A stretch of DNA of 50,463 nt from Anaerolineaceae bacterium (GTDB lineage Bacteria > Chloroflexota > Anaerolineae > Anaerolineales > Anaerolineaceae), in contig JAIOTF010000013.1 of the NCBI GenBank assembly GCA_021107195.1, forward strand, positions 1 to 50,463, written 5' to 3'. Below are positions 26,584 to 35,244 of the stretch, piece by piece. The translations under genes and the position numbers were made by a program. Position 1 is the stretch's first letter; the number at the start of each line of letters is the position of its first letter. Under the pieces are notes generated by a model, which was given only the letters and a program-made list of their open reading frames with translations, was not told the origin of the DNA and did not search any database.

Positions 26584-28707
26584 GTGCAAAAACGCCCGAA
26601 AATTTCTTTTGAGCTTATTCTTGTCCTCATCGTGCTGGTGATCCACATCTCCATGGCGGTGCGCCCGCCCAACAGTGTCATGAACTGGTTCATCGCCGAT
26701 GACGTATTCTATTATTTCAAAACCGCCCAAAATATTGCCGCGGGGAGCGGCGTGACCTTTGATGGCATTGCCCAATCCAATGGCTTTCATCCTTTATGGA
26801 TGTTGATCTGTATTCCTGTCTTTGCTCTTGCAAACACAACAAATCTCATCCTCCCTTTACGCATCATTATGCTCGTCCTGGGCTTGTTCAGTGCCGGAAC
26901 GGGCGTCTTTTTGTATCGCTTGCTCAAGAAAGTAACCTCGCGGGAAATTGCTGCTGTTGTCTCGCTGGTCTGGGTACTTTCCCCCACTGTGCATGCCACC
27001 GTTACCCGCCTCGGCCTCGAAACGGGCGTGAATGCCTTCTTTATTGTATTGTTACTTTATTTGTTTGCCAATTGGGAAGAACGGCAGCGCCAGGGCCAAC
27101 CCGGTACCTGGAAGCAGGTCCTCTGGCTGGGGCTTGTGGCCGTTCTCACCCTGTACAGCCGTCTTGATAACAGCTTTCTGGTCTGCATCGTCGGTGCCTG
27201 GATTGTTCTCCGTAGCAGCAGTATTGACCGCTCCCTGTTTGTTGGCGAACTGCTCTCCACCGGATTGGCAGTTTTTCTGGCGTTTGTGCTTCGCCTGGGA
27301 TTAGGCAATGCTTATTACCAAATGGTCTCAGCCATGATCCTCATGTTAGTCGCTGCTATGGCCATCCGCGCGCTTTTTCATTATCTGTTCGGCTTGTACA
27401 ATCGTTCATTTCTGCATCAGGCAAGTGTGAAAAACATTGTATTGCGCATAGCCGTTTCGACTGCTGCTGGTACGGCTGCGATCACCGTGCTGGTCATGGC
27501 GCTCATCCGCATGGGCCGCTTGACCAGCTTCCCGCGCTCGGCTTTGCTCATCGAATTTATTCTCTCGCTCATCTTTGCTGCAGCGCTGCGCTTTATCGTG
27601 CGCAAGTGGGGTGTTCAGCCAGCCGCTGCGGAACCTGCCGTAAGCGGATATGGTTTGAAACAGGTCTTGCAGTTCAATGAGCTGCGCCTCGAAAACTGGA
27701 AGTTGTTTTTTACTCGGTTTGCCGCCTATTTCCTGCCCCTGGGCGCTGCGCTTGGTGCGTACATGGCCTACAACCATGCGAAATTCGGCACCTCCACCCC
27801 TGTCAGCGGGCAGATCAAACGCTGGTGGGGCACCATTTATACTGTTTACGGCCGGCCCAAATCAGACTTGTGGGGTGTATTGGGTTTCGACAAGAACGGC
27901 TCATGGCGCATCATCACTGATCCCATCTATGAATTAGCCAAGACCATGGCTGAGAATCGCGGTTTGGAATCAGGAAGCAGTCTCTATTCGGGCATCGTTG
28001 TCGCGGGTATTGTGCTTATCCTTGCCTTTGCGCTCGCGATTCTTGCCCTGAACCGCAAATATACAGCTTCGGCCTGGAAGGGTTTGGGTTTGATGCCCCT
28101 GTGGGCTGGCAGCATGATCCAGATGGCTAATTACACCATGACGGGTTATGTGGCGGCAAAAGCCTGGTATTGGGTAGGCCAGATGCTGTTTGCTACGTTG
28201 ATCCTGGCTATCATGGCCGAGATCGTCTGGCGTAAGCTGCAAGCCACCAAACTTGATAAGCGCATCCTGCAAGCCCTGCCAGCGATTATTTCTGTGATCC
28301 TGGTTGTGGGTTATGTGAATTATTCTATGGAGCTTGTCCCGCCTACCGTTTCCCCGGAAAATGAAGAAGTTTATCTGGGCGGCGCTCATGGTCTGGAAAC
28401 CTATACCGAGCCGGGTTCCCTGATCGGTTCAACCGGCGGGGGAGTACTCGGCTATTTCACCCAGGGTCGCACTATCGTCAATCTGGATGGCCTGATCAAC
28501 AGCTATGATTATTACCTGTTGATGCAGGAAGGCAGAGCCAGCGAGTATCTGGACGAAATTGGCCTGGACTATCTGTATGGCGCGCGCTACGTGCTGGAAG
28601 AAAGCGAACCGTATTTCAACACCTTCCACGGCCGCACCGAATATATCGGAGAGGTGGTCGGTTCAGCGCTGATGCACTACCTGCCGGAGGATCAAGCCCA
28701 ACCATAA
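26584..28707 (+). CDS. Large polytopic membrane protein, putative GT-C-fold glycosyltransferase
   Basis: ORF 26566-28707 (TTG). AGGAGG lies 8 nt upstream of GTG 26584. The first periplasmic loop carries FIADDVFYYFKTAQNIAAGSGVTFDG..SNGFHPLW, an acidic DD..YY motif of the kind seen in GT-C/oligosaccharyltransferase-like enzymes. There are more than 12 hydrophobic helices and a C-terminal soluble domain. Confidence 0.55.
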   Translation: MQKRPKISFELILVLIVLVIHISMAVRPPNSVMNWFIADDVFYYFKTAQNIAAGSGVTFDGIAQSNGFHPLWMLICIPVFALANTTNLILPLRIIMLVLGLFSAGTGVFLYRLLKKVTSREIAAVVSLVWVLSPTVHATVTRLGLETGVNAFFIVLLLYLFANWEERQRQGQPGTWKQVLWLGLVAVLTLYSRLDNSFLVCIVGAWIVLRSSSIDRSLFVGELLSTGLAVFLAFVLRLGLGNAYYQMVSAMILMLVAAMAIRALFHYLFGLYNRSFLHQASVKNIVLRIAVSTAAGTAAITVLVMALIRMGRLTSFPRSALLIEFILSLIFAAALRFIVRKWGVQPAAAEPAVSGYGLKQVLQFNELRLENWKLFFTRFAAYFLPLGAALGAYMAYNHAKFGTSTPVSGQIKRWWGTIYTVYGRPKSDLWGVLGFDKNGSWRIITDPIYELAKTMAENRGLESGSSLYSGIVVAGIVLILAFALAILALNRKYTASAWKGLGLMPLWAGSMIQMANYTMTGYVAAKAWYWVGQMLFATLILAIMAEIVWRKLQATKLDKRILQALPAIISVILVVGYVNYSMELVPPTVSPENEEVYLGGAHGLETYTEPGSLIGSTGGGVLGYFTQGRTIVNLDGLINSYDYYLLMQEGRASEYLDEIGLDYLYGARYVLEESEPYFNTFHGRTEYIGEVVGSALMHYLPEDQAQP

Positions 28708-28720
28708 AGAGATTTTCTGG

Positions 28721-28777
28721 TGCAAGGTCGAGGCATTTGCTGTACAATGCGCCTTGACCTTGCAGCCTTTTATCTTT
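28721..28777 (+). terminator. Rho-independent terminator for the + strand membrane protein gene
   Basis: 13-bp stem TGCAAGGTCGAGG / CCTTGACCTTGCA (one G-U pair), followed by GCCTTTTATCTTT. Confidence 0.6.
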
Positions 28778-28785
28778 ACCATTTT

Positions 28786-28825
28786 TCCATAAAAACAGAG
28801 GCTGCCCATATTGGGCAGCCTCTGT
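28786..28825 (-). terminator. Rho-independent terminator for the minus-strand mmd operon
   Basis: Perfect 14-bp stem ACAGAGGCTGCCCA / TGGGCAGCCTCTGT with a 3-nt loop. On the minus strand it is followed by TTTTTATGG. Confidence 0.8.
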
Positions 28826-28847
28826 CAATATCAAAAACAAACTGCTG

Positions 28848-29966
28848 CTAAACGAACCCTGTTACCAATGCCAGCAGCAAACCGCCGGCAATCACACTGC
28901 CCAACTGTCCGGCAGTGTTGGAGCCCATGGCGTGCATCAGGATGAAGTTATGGGGATCTTCCTCGTGTGCCATCTGGGCCGAAAGACGGCCTGCCATCGG
29001 GAAGGCACTGATACCGCAGGCACCGATCAACGGATTGATCTTGCCGCCGGTAACGAAGTTCATCAGCTTCCCAAACATCAGCCCCATCACTGTGTCCATG
29101 ATGAAGGCCAGCAAACCCAGTGCCAGGATCATCAGTGTTTTGGCATCGATGAAGCTCTCAGCAGCCATCGTGGTACCAATCGCCAATCCCAGGAAAAGCG
29201 TCGCCACATTGATGATCTCGTTTTGTGCTGACTTGTCCAGGCGATCCACTACACCGCTTTCTTTCAGCAGGTTGCCCAGCATCAATGTCGCAATCAGCGG
29301 GGCTGCGTCCGGGGCGATCAAGCTGATGATCACCGTTACGGCCAGGGGGAAGATGACCACTGCCGCTTTGGAGACCGACCGGGGGCTGTAATCCATGCGG
29401 ATGCTGCGTCCTTTTTTAGTGGTCATCAAGCGCATCACAGGCGGCTGGATGATCGGGATCAGACTCATATACGAATACGCCGCTACTGCAATTGGCCCCA
29501 TGAGTGCAGGGGCGAGAATATTGGTAACAAAGATCGCCGTCGGGCCGTCAATGGCGCCGATCACGCCGATGGAGGCAGCTTCGTTGAGCGGGAAGCCCAG
29601 CAGAGTTGCCAGAATGAGGGTGCCGTAGATGCCGAATTGTCCGGCTGCGCCCAGCAGCACCATGTGTGGCATGGCCAGCAGCGGACGGAAGTCGATCATT
29701 GCTCCTACGCCGATGAAGATCAGCAGCGGGAAGAGTTCTGTGCCGATGCCGAAATCGTAGATGAACTCGAACACGCCGTGATCTGATGACATGCCCAGGT
29801 TTGCGAGGATACAGCCGAAGCCGATTGGGAGCAGGAGGTTTGGTTCATACTCCTTCACAATCGCCAGAGCGATGAGGATGCCGCCAACGGCCAGCATGAC
29901 TGCATTGCCCCAGTAGAAACTGGCGAAGCCACGGGTGATTTCCTCAAGGATTGATGTAAAATCCAT
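28848..29966 (-). CDS. mmdB: Na+-translocating decarboxylase beta subunit (OadB/GcdB/MmdB family)
   Basis: 372 aa integral membrane protein. The N-terminal region ...AIVKEYEPNLLLPIGFGCILANLG matches the conserved OadB motif (..KKFEPLLLLPIGFG..). It is the last gene of the operon. Confidence 0.9.
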   Translation of the reverse strand: MDFTSILEEITRGFASFYWGNAVMLAVGGILIALAIVKEYEPNLLLPIGFGCILANLGMSSDHGVFEFIYDFGIGTELFPLLIFIGVGAMIDFRPLLAMPHMVLLGAAGQFGIYGTLILATLLGFPLNEAASIGVIGAIDGPTAIFVTNILAPALMGPIAVAAYSYMSLIPIIQPPVMRLMTTKKGRSIRMDYSPRSVSKAAVVIFPLAVTVIISLIAPDAAPLIATLMLGNLLKESGVVDRLDKSAQNEIINVATLFLGLAIGTTMAAESFIDAKTLMILALGLLAFIMDTVMGLMFGKLMNFVTGGKINPLIGACGISAFPMAGRLSAQMAHEEDPHNFILMHAMGSNTAGQLGSVIAGGLLLALVTGFV

Positions 29967-29979
29967 TTTGGCCTCTTTC

Positions 29980-30408
29980 TCAGTCGCTGAATTCCATCAG
30001 CGGCTGGCCGTGCTTGACATGATCGCCGGGGCTTACATGAATGCGGGCGATCGTGCCGTCGCGGCTGGCGCGGATGGAATTGTTCATTTTCATCACTTCC
30101 AGGACCAACAATTACTGTCCGTTTTTCACGGCTTCCCCTTCACGAACACTTAAGGAGAGGATTACACCAGGAATGGGTGCGGGAACGGTTTTCGCGCCGC
30201 CCTGGACGGGGGCTGCCGCTGCGGCAACTGCCGGTGCAGCGGGGGCCGAAGGCGACGGGGCGGATGGGGCTGCTGCAACCGCGGCCTGCACTTCTTCGGG
30301 CCACACTTCAAAGGTCTCACCGTCTACCTTTGCCAGGATGGGGCGCGTTTTTGTATCTTCTACTTCAACATCATACGTTTCATTGTCAACTTTGACACGT
30401 AGTTTCAT
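29980..30408 (-). pseudogene. mmdC: Biotin carboxyl-carrier subunit (MmdC/GcdC-like) interrupted by an in-frame TAA at 30112-30114
   Basis: GAGGTG RBS plus ATG 30408. The N-terminal part is MKLRVKVDNETYDVEV, an Ala/Pro linker, then GVILSLSVREGEAVKNGQ followed by TAA. The same frame continues LLVLEVMKMNNSIRASRDGTIARIHVSPGDHVKHGQPLMEFSD* (stop 29980-29982). This segment contains the E(A/V)MKM biotinyl-lysine motif. Frame continuity is confirmed by the codon-aligned antisense ORF 29935-30153. Confidence 0.8.
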
Positions 30409-30442
30409 CAAAACCACCTCGTGATCTTTTTAGTGTTTCCGG

Positions 30443-30754
30443 TTATTTTTGCAAAGGAGCAACTTGCCATGCGCTCAGTTCAGATGACTCTGGCGCAGTG
30501 GTCAGACTGGCACTGGATTTCTGGAAAGCAAGGGCTACTGTAACTGCCGCAGCAGCGGCCTTACGCTTGCTGTCTCCGGCAGCGGTTGGTATTTCCGCTT
30601 CCTCGACTTCTTCCATTTCAGCTTCAACCACTTTTTTCTTAGGTGTGGTGATTCTGACCAACAGCTCCATGGCGCCCCACAGGATCAAGATCGCGACAAA
30701 GATCAAGATAATGCCGATCAATGAGATCCAAAGGGAAATTGCCAGATTACTCAT
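30443..30754 (-). CDS. mmdD: Small membrane subunit of Na+-pumping decarboxylase (OadG/MmdD-like)
   Basis: 103 aa. It has a single N-terminal TM helix (ISLWISLIGIILIFVAILILWGAM) and a charged/Ala-rich tail. AAGGAG RBS. It lies between the carboxyltransferase and biotin-carrier genes. Confidence 0.7.
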   Translation of the reverse strand: MSNLAISLWISLIGIILIFVAILILWGAMELLVRITTPKKKVVEAEMEEVEEAEIPTAAGDSKRKAAAAAVTVALAFQKSSASLTTAPESSELSAWQVAPLQK

Positions 30755-30766
30755 GGGTTTCTCCTT

Positions 30767-32317
30767 TTATACGGGCATGTTGCCGTGTTTGCGCGGCAGG
30801 TTTTGCTTGCGTTTGTTGCGCAGAGTCTTCAGTGCGGCAACGATCATCGGGCGGGTTTCCTTGGGTTCGATCACATCATCAATGTAACCAGCTTGTGCGG
30901 AAGCATAGGGGTTGAGGAACAGGTCCTTGTAATCCTGGGTAAGCTTTTCGCGTTCTGCTTCAGGATCTTCGGCAGCCTTGATCTGTCTACGGTAGAGGAT
31001 ATTGGCTGCGCCGCCGGCGCCCATTACTGCGATCTCGGCACTCGGCCAGGCATACGTAACATCTGTGTCCATGTATTTGCTGCTCATGGCGATATAGGCG
31101 CCGCCGTATGCTTTGCGGGTGACGATGGAGATCTTGGGATTGGTGGCATTCGCATAGGCGTACAAAATCTTGGCGCCGTGGCGAATGACGCCGCCGTGTT
31201 CCTGGTTGATGCCGGGCAGGAAGCCGGGCGAGTCGACGAAGGTAACCAGCGGGACATTGAAACTGTCGCAGAAACGCACAAAGCGGGCGATCTTGTCGGC
31301 GGCGTCAATGTTCAATGAACCTGCCAGAACACTGGGTTCCTGACCGACGATACCCACACTGTACCCGCCGATGCGCGCCATACCGATCAAGGCATTTTGA
31401 GCATAGGTGGATTGCAGTTCCAGGAAGGAGCCTTTGTCTACTACCAGCTCGACGACGTCGTGCATGCGGTAGGGGGTTTGCGGGTTGATGGGGACGATGG
31501 AATTGAGGACCTCATCCATTCGGCCGGGGTCATCCGCCGGTTCGACATAAGGCGGATTTTCCATATTGTTGTTGGGCAAATAGCTGACCAGCCGCCGCGC
31601 CAGGGCCAATGCGTCCTGGTCGCTGGGGGCTGCCATGTGGGCAATGCCGCTGATGCCGAGGTGGGTGGCTGCGCCGCCCAGGCTTTCGAAATCTGTTTCT
31701 TCGCCGGTCACCGATTTGATCACCTGTGGCCCGGTCAGGAACATGAAGGATTTCTTCTCGACCATGATGATAAAATCTTGCAAAACGGGCGAGTACGCTG
31801 CACCGCCGGCGCAGGGGCCCATCACCAGACTGATTTGGGGAACAACGCCGGAATACTGCGAGTTGCGGCGGAAAATTTCGGCATATCCACCCAGGCTGTA
31901 AATGCCTTCCTGAATGCGGGCGCCTCCGGAGTCCAGGATACCGATCACCGGGGTGCCATTGCTGGCAGCCAGGTCCATTACATGGCTGATCTTTTGGCCT
32001 TGCATTTCACCCAGCGAGCCACCGCTGACAGTGAAGTCCTGTGCATAAACATAAATGGTGCGGCCGTCGATCTGGCCGTAGCCAGTGACCACACCATCGC
32101 CGAGAAGTTTCTCGCCGCCAAGTTCCAAATCGTGCTTGCGGGATGTTACAAATGGTTCCAACTCCTGAAAAGTGCCTGGATCCAGCAGAAGGTCGATTCG
32201 TTCGCGGGCTGTCAGCTTGCCTTTGGCGTGCTGTTTTTCAATCCGCTTCTCGCCGCCGCCGAGGCGCGACTTTTTGCGTTTCTCACGCAGTTCCAAAATT
32301 CGGGGATCTTCGGGCAT
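30767..32317 (-). CDS. mmdA: Methylmalonyl-CoA decarboxylase alpha subunit / acyl-CoA carboxyltransferase (propionyl-CoA carboxylase beta family)
   Basis: ORF 30767-32323; the second ATG (32317) has AAAGGA at better spacing. The family-typical N-terminus is LGGGEKRIEKQHAKGKLTARERIDLLLDPGTFQELEPF. Other motifs are GGARIQEG, GPCAGGAAYSP and VTRKAYGGAYIAM. Confidence 0.9.
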   Translation of the reverse strand: MPEDPRILELREKRKKSRLGGGEKRIEKQHAKGKLTARERIDLLLDPGTFQELEPFVTSRKHDLELGGEKLLGDGVVTGYGQIDGRTIYVYAQDFTVSGGSLGEMQGQKISHVMDLAASNGTPVIGILDSGGARIQEGIYSLGGYAEIFRRNSQYSGVVPQISLVMGPCAGGAAYSPVLQDFIIMVEKKSFMFLTGPQVIKSVTGEETDFESLGGAATHLGISGIAHMAAPSDQDALALARRLVSYLPNNNMENPPYVEPADDPGRMDEVLNSIVPINPQTPYRMHDVVELVVDKGSFLELQSTYAQNALIGMARIGGYSVGIVGQEPSVLAGSLNIDAADKIARFVRFCDSFNVPLVTFVDSPGFLPGINQEHGGVIRHGAKILYAYANATNPKISIVTRKAYGGAYIAMSSKYMDTDVTYAWPSAEIAVMGAGGAANILYRRQIKAAEDPEAEREKLTQDYKDLFLNPYASAQAGYIDDVIEPKETRPMIVAALKTLRNKRKQNLPRKHGNMPV

Positions 32318-32407
32318 ACGCATTCCTTTAATAGGTTGAAAATTTGGATAGATGAATGGATAAACAAATCATGCCTGAACATTGTCAGACAATCACAGCT
32401 TTATTAG

Positions 32408-32436
32408 ATTTTATCATAAATCATCTTCTTAGTCAC
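32408..32436 (-). promoter_or_regulatory. Candidate sigma-70-type promoter for the mmd operon
   Basis: The minus strand reads GTGACT, 17 nt, TAAAAT. It lies about 90 nt upstream of the mmdA start. Confidence 0.4.
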
Positions 32437-32732
32437 TTGATGAAAATCATATTGCCAACGGGTTATTACATTACTTTCAGGTTAGCTTATGCAGGTTTGT
32501 CTAGTCCACCTGGTCTACCTGGTTTTATTGCCTGATTCATCGGTTTCTTGCAATGACACACTTTTTATTCTTGTTTTTTGGGAGCACAGGCGCTTTTCTT
32601 GTCCTGTTAAACTGGCCGGCCAGAGTGCGTTATTGGCTTTGCTGCCTTTCAACTTTGTAAATCGACGTTCATATTTCTCTAATTTGTTCATGTTAGGATT
32701 TTAATAGTGATTATTTATAGGAGGTAGGAAAT

Positions 32733-34148
32733 ATGCAGCCCAAAAAACGCTTATTGGTACTTGTATTGATTTTGATCTTTAGCATCTCATGCCGCTCTGT
32801 CGGTGCATTTTCGTGGGGCGGGAAGGATGCTGCCGCAGTTGATCCGGCGCCCGGGCCAGTACGGGAAAATGTTCAACCCGATGCGCTGTCAAAGCCCCAG
32901 GCCGCGCCAGAAGAGGTCTGGGCGCCCGAACCTGAAGAAGATCCCCAGCAGCCTTTACTGCCTTCTCCAGTCCCACAGGAGCAGCAGGCTGATCAGCAGG
33001 CGTCCCCTGCAATCCCGCAGGGACCCATTGGTCCAAAATCTTATCCCGCCGGCATCAATCCCTTGAGCGGCTTGCCGGTAGTGAACCCTGATAATCTTTC
33101 ATTACCGCCGGCGCTGGTATCGATCACCAATTGGCCGCCGGCAGCCCGGCCGCAAGCCGGTCTTTCGTTCAGCCCCTTTGTCTATGAATTGTATATTGGC
33201 GAAGGTATGTCCCGCTTCCTGGCTATGTTCTATGGTGATTTCCCAATGTCCGAGAACCCTGCTGATGCCGGCAATTCTCTGGTGGGTCCTATTCGTTCGG
33301 GACGCCTGCCTTATGAATCACTGCGAAATCTTTATAATGGGTTTTTGGTTATGTCTTCTGCCTACTCTGGCGTGGCCGCCAATTTGAGCCAGTATAGTAA
33401 TATCTACGGCTCGGATACGGATGATATCAATTCCGCCATGATCCCGGTCGACAAAATGGAACAGATCGCCCAGGCCAACCAAAAGCGGCTGGGTGAAAAT
33501 TCACTGCAGGGCAATGTCTATGATGAAACCCCGCTCTCTGGTGGTCAACCAGCCAATCGCTTGTGGTTCATTTATAATCAGATTGATCAGGTCGTCTGGC
33601 AGTACGATCCACAAAGCGGTGCATACCGCCGCTACCAGGACAATGCCGATGGCACAACTTTCATTCAGGCCACAGACCGCATCAATGGCGAAGGGTTGAC
33701 CTACGAGAACGTCATCCTTCTCTTTGCCCAACATCGTGCCTGCAATGAAGTGGCATTCGACATTGATTTGCAGTACATTCCCCGTTCTCCGGCGCTGCTC
33801 TTCCGCGATGGTCAGATGCACAAGATTTTTTGGACCACCAGAAGCGAGGAATATGAACGTACGACCGGCAAGTTGCGCCCGATCCGCTTTATCGATGAGA
33901 ACGGCAATCCTATCTCCCTCAAGCCAGGCCAGACCTGGGTTCATCTTGTGCCAACCGGCACACCGTATTGGGAGGCTCCTGATCGCCAGGAAGTGCCGAT
34001 GAATGCACCGCAATGGGTTGCATCCGATCCTTCCGGCTTGCTCTATAACCTTCTGAATAATCGCGACGAAGGCTCCTCTAACTGGGTCTCGCGCTACTAT
34101 GCTTCCATGATCGTCTACGACCAGGCTGTCTGCGAAGCACTGCGTTAG
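32733..34148 (+). CDS. DUF3048-family lipoprotein (YerB-like)
   Basis: TAGGAGG RBS and lipobox LILIFSISC, then a low-complexity Pro/Gln-rich linker. The DUF3048 signature region follows: NPLSGLPV....PPALVSITNWPPAARPQAGLSFSPFVYELYIGEGMSRFLAMFYGD. Confidence 0.8.
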   Translation: MQPKKRLLVLVLILIFSISCRSVGAFSWGGKDAAAVDPAPGPVRENVQPDALSKPQAAPEEVWAPEPEEDPQQPLLPSPVPQEQQADQQASPAIPQGPIGPKSYPAGINPLSGLPVVNPDNLSLPPALVSITNWPPAARPQAGLSFSPFVYELYIGEGMSRFLAMFYGDFPMSENPADAGNSLVGPIRSGRLPYESLRNLYNGFLVMSSAYSGVAANLSQYSNIYGSDTDDINSAMIPVDKMEQIAQANQKRLGENSLQGNVYDETPLSGGQPANRLWFIYNQIDQVVWQYDPQSGAYRRYQDNADGTTFIQATDRINGEGLTYENVILLFAQHRACNEVAFDIDLQYIPRSPALLFRDGQMHKIFWTTRSEEYERTTGKLRPIRFIDENGNPISLKPGQTWVHLVPTGTPYWEAPDRQEVPMNAPQWVASDPSGLLYNLLNNRDEGSSNWVSRYYASMIVYDQAVCEALR

Positions 34149-34174
34149 GTTTAATTGGTGATCGCTGATTGCAT

Positions 34175-34212
34175 GGGCTGTCTCAAATCATCTGAGACAG
34201 CCCGTTTTTCTT
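34175..34212 (+). terminator. Rho-independent terminator after the DUF3048 gene
   Basis: 11-bp stem GGGCTGTCTCA / TGAGACAGCCC, followed by GTTTTTCTTC. Confidence 0.8.
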
Positions 34213-34361
34213 CTCCGTGCCTTCAGCGTACGTATATTATGAACATCACACAGTATCCAAGGGGAACTTAATTCCGACTTCGACATTCCGTCAGGCCAGC
34301 CCCGTAGTATACTATGGGCAGCGTTCTTCGGAACCAAACTCCCATACAAAGGAGCAGTGGA

Positions 34362-35183
34362 ATGAAATTGTTGATTGCAGCCGATATGGAAGGTATTTCG
34401 GGTGTCGTGGCCTGGGATCATGTGTCCGCCAAACATCCAGAGTATACTCGTTTTCGAAAAATGATGACAGCCGACGTGAATGCAGCCATTGAAGGTGCAT
34501 TGAAAGCCGGTGCAGATGAAATCCTGGTGGCCGATGGGCATGGCTCTGGCAATAATATCCTCATCGAAGATCTTAACCCCGTTGCCAGTCTCCATTCCGG
34601 CAATGCTGCCCCCTTTGCGATGGTACAGGGCGTGGGCAGTGACGTGGATGCTGCTATGTTTATCGGTTACCATGCCCGCGTTGGCTCTACACCCGCGGTT
34701 TTGGATCATACCTGGTCCAGCAGAGTTGTTGCCAATGTGTGGCTTAATGGCAAGATCATTGGCGAAACCGGATTAAATGCTGCTGTTTGTGCGCATTACG
34801 GTGTCCCGGTGATCATGGTTTCCGGTGACCAGACATTGGCATCCGAAGTCAATAAGACTATTCCCGGTGTCGAGACCGCAATTGTCAAAATCGCTACCAG
34901 TCACCAATCTGCACAATGCTATTCATTGAAGGAATCGCGCGGGCGCATTCGTGAAGCCTCGGAACGCGCTGTGCAGCGTCTCAAGAAAGGAGAGGGGCCA
35001 AAGCCGTATCAGATTTCTAAACCAATTACTGTCACAGTGGAACTCAAGACCTCCGGTATGGTGGATGGCTCTTCATTGATACCCAATGTGAAACGTCTGG
35101 ATGCCCGCCGCGTGGAATTTGAATGCACGGATATGCTTCATGCTTACCATGCCTTCCGTTCTTTGGTTGGTATGACCTTCTAA
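34362..35183 (+). CDS. dppA: D-aminopeptidase, peptidase family M55 (DppA-like)
   Basis: ORF 34314-35183; AAGGAG lies upstream of ATG 34362. The family-typical N-terminus is MKLLIAADMEGISGV, with internal motifs VADGHGSG and GYHA. Confidence 0.85.
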   Translation: MKLLIAADMEGISGVVAWDHVSAKHPEYTRFRKMMTADVNAAIEGALKAGADEILVADGHGSGNNILIEDLNPVASLHSGNAAPFAMVQGVGSDVDAAMFIGYHARVGSTPAVLDHTWSSRVVANVWLNGKIIGETGLNAAVCAHYGVPVIMVSGDQTLASEVNKTIPGVETAIVKIATSHQSAQCYSLKESRGRIREASERAVQRLKKGEGPKPYQISKPITVTVELKTSGMVDGSSLIPNVKRLDARRVEFECTDMLHAYHAFRSLVGMTF

Positions 35184-35244
35184 AGGTGCATCTGTCGTAT
35201 CCTATGCACCTGGCGAAGTGTGTCTTGAGACAGAGAGAAATACA

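Noticed and set aside
30112-30114. The possibility that TAA is reassigned to a sense codon in this organism.
   Set aside because: Many well-supported genes in the window end at TAA exactly where homologues end and where the next gene starts (e.g. 1908-1910, 11219-11221, 12220-12222, 17871-17873, 20469-20471). A global reassignment is therefore not supported. Only a local error, mutation or readthrough remains plausible.
28848-32317. Reading the decarboxylase operon as oxaloacetate decarboxylase (oadGAB).
   Set aside because: The large soluble subunit belongs to the acyl-CoA carboxyltransferase (propionyl-CoA carboxylase beta / MmdA) type. It is not the OadA type that carries a fused biotin domain. 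A separate biotin-carrier gene is also present, which fits methylmalonyl-CoA (or a related acyl-CoA) decarboxylase.
32324-32732. The 400-bp divergent intergenic region was scanned for tRNA or small ORFs, including the 71-aa ORF at 32489-32704.
   Set aside because: I saw no tRNA-like T-arm/acceptor pattern. The ORF is hydrophobic and low-complexity and has no RBS. The region is best explained as divergent promoters.
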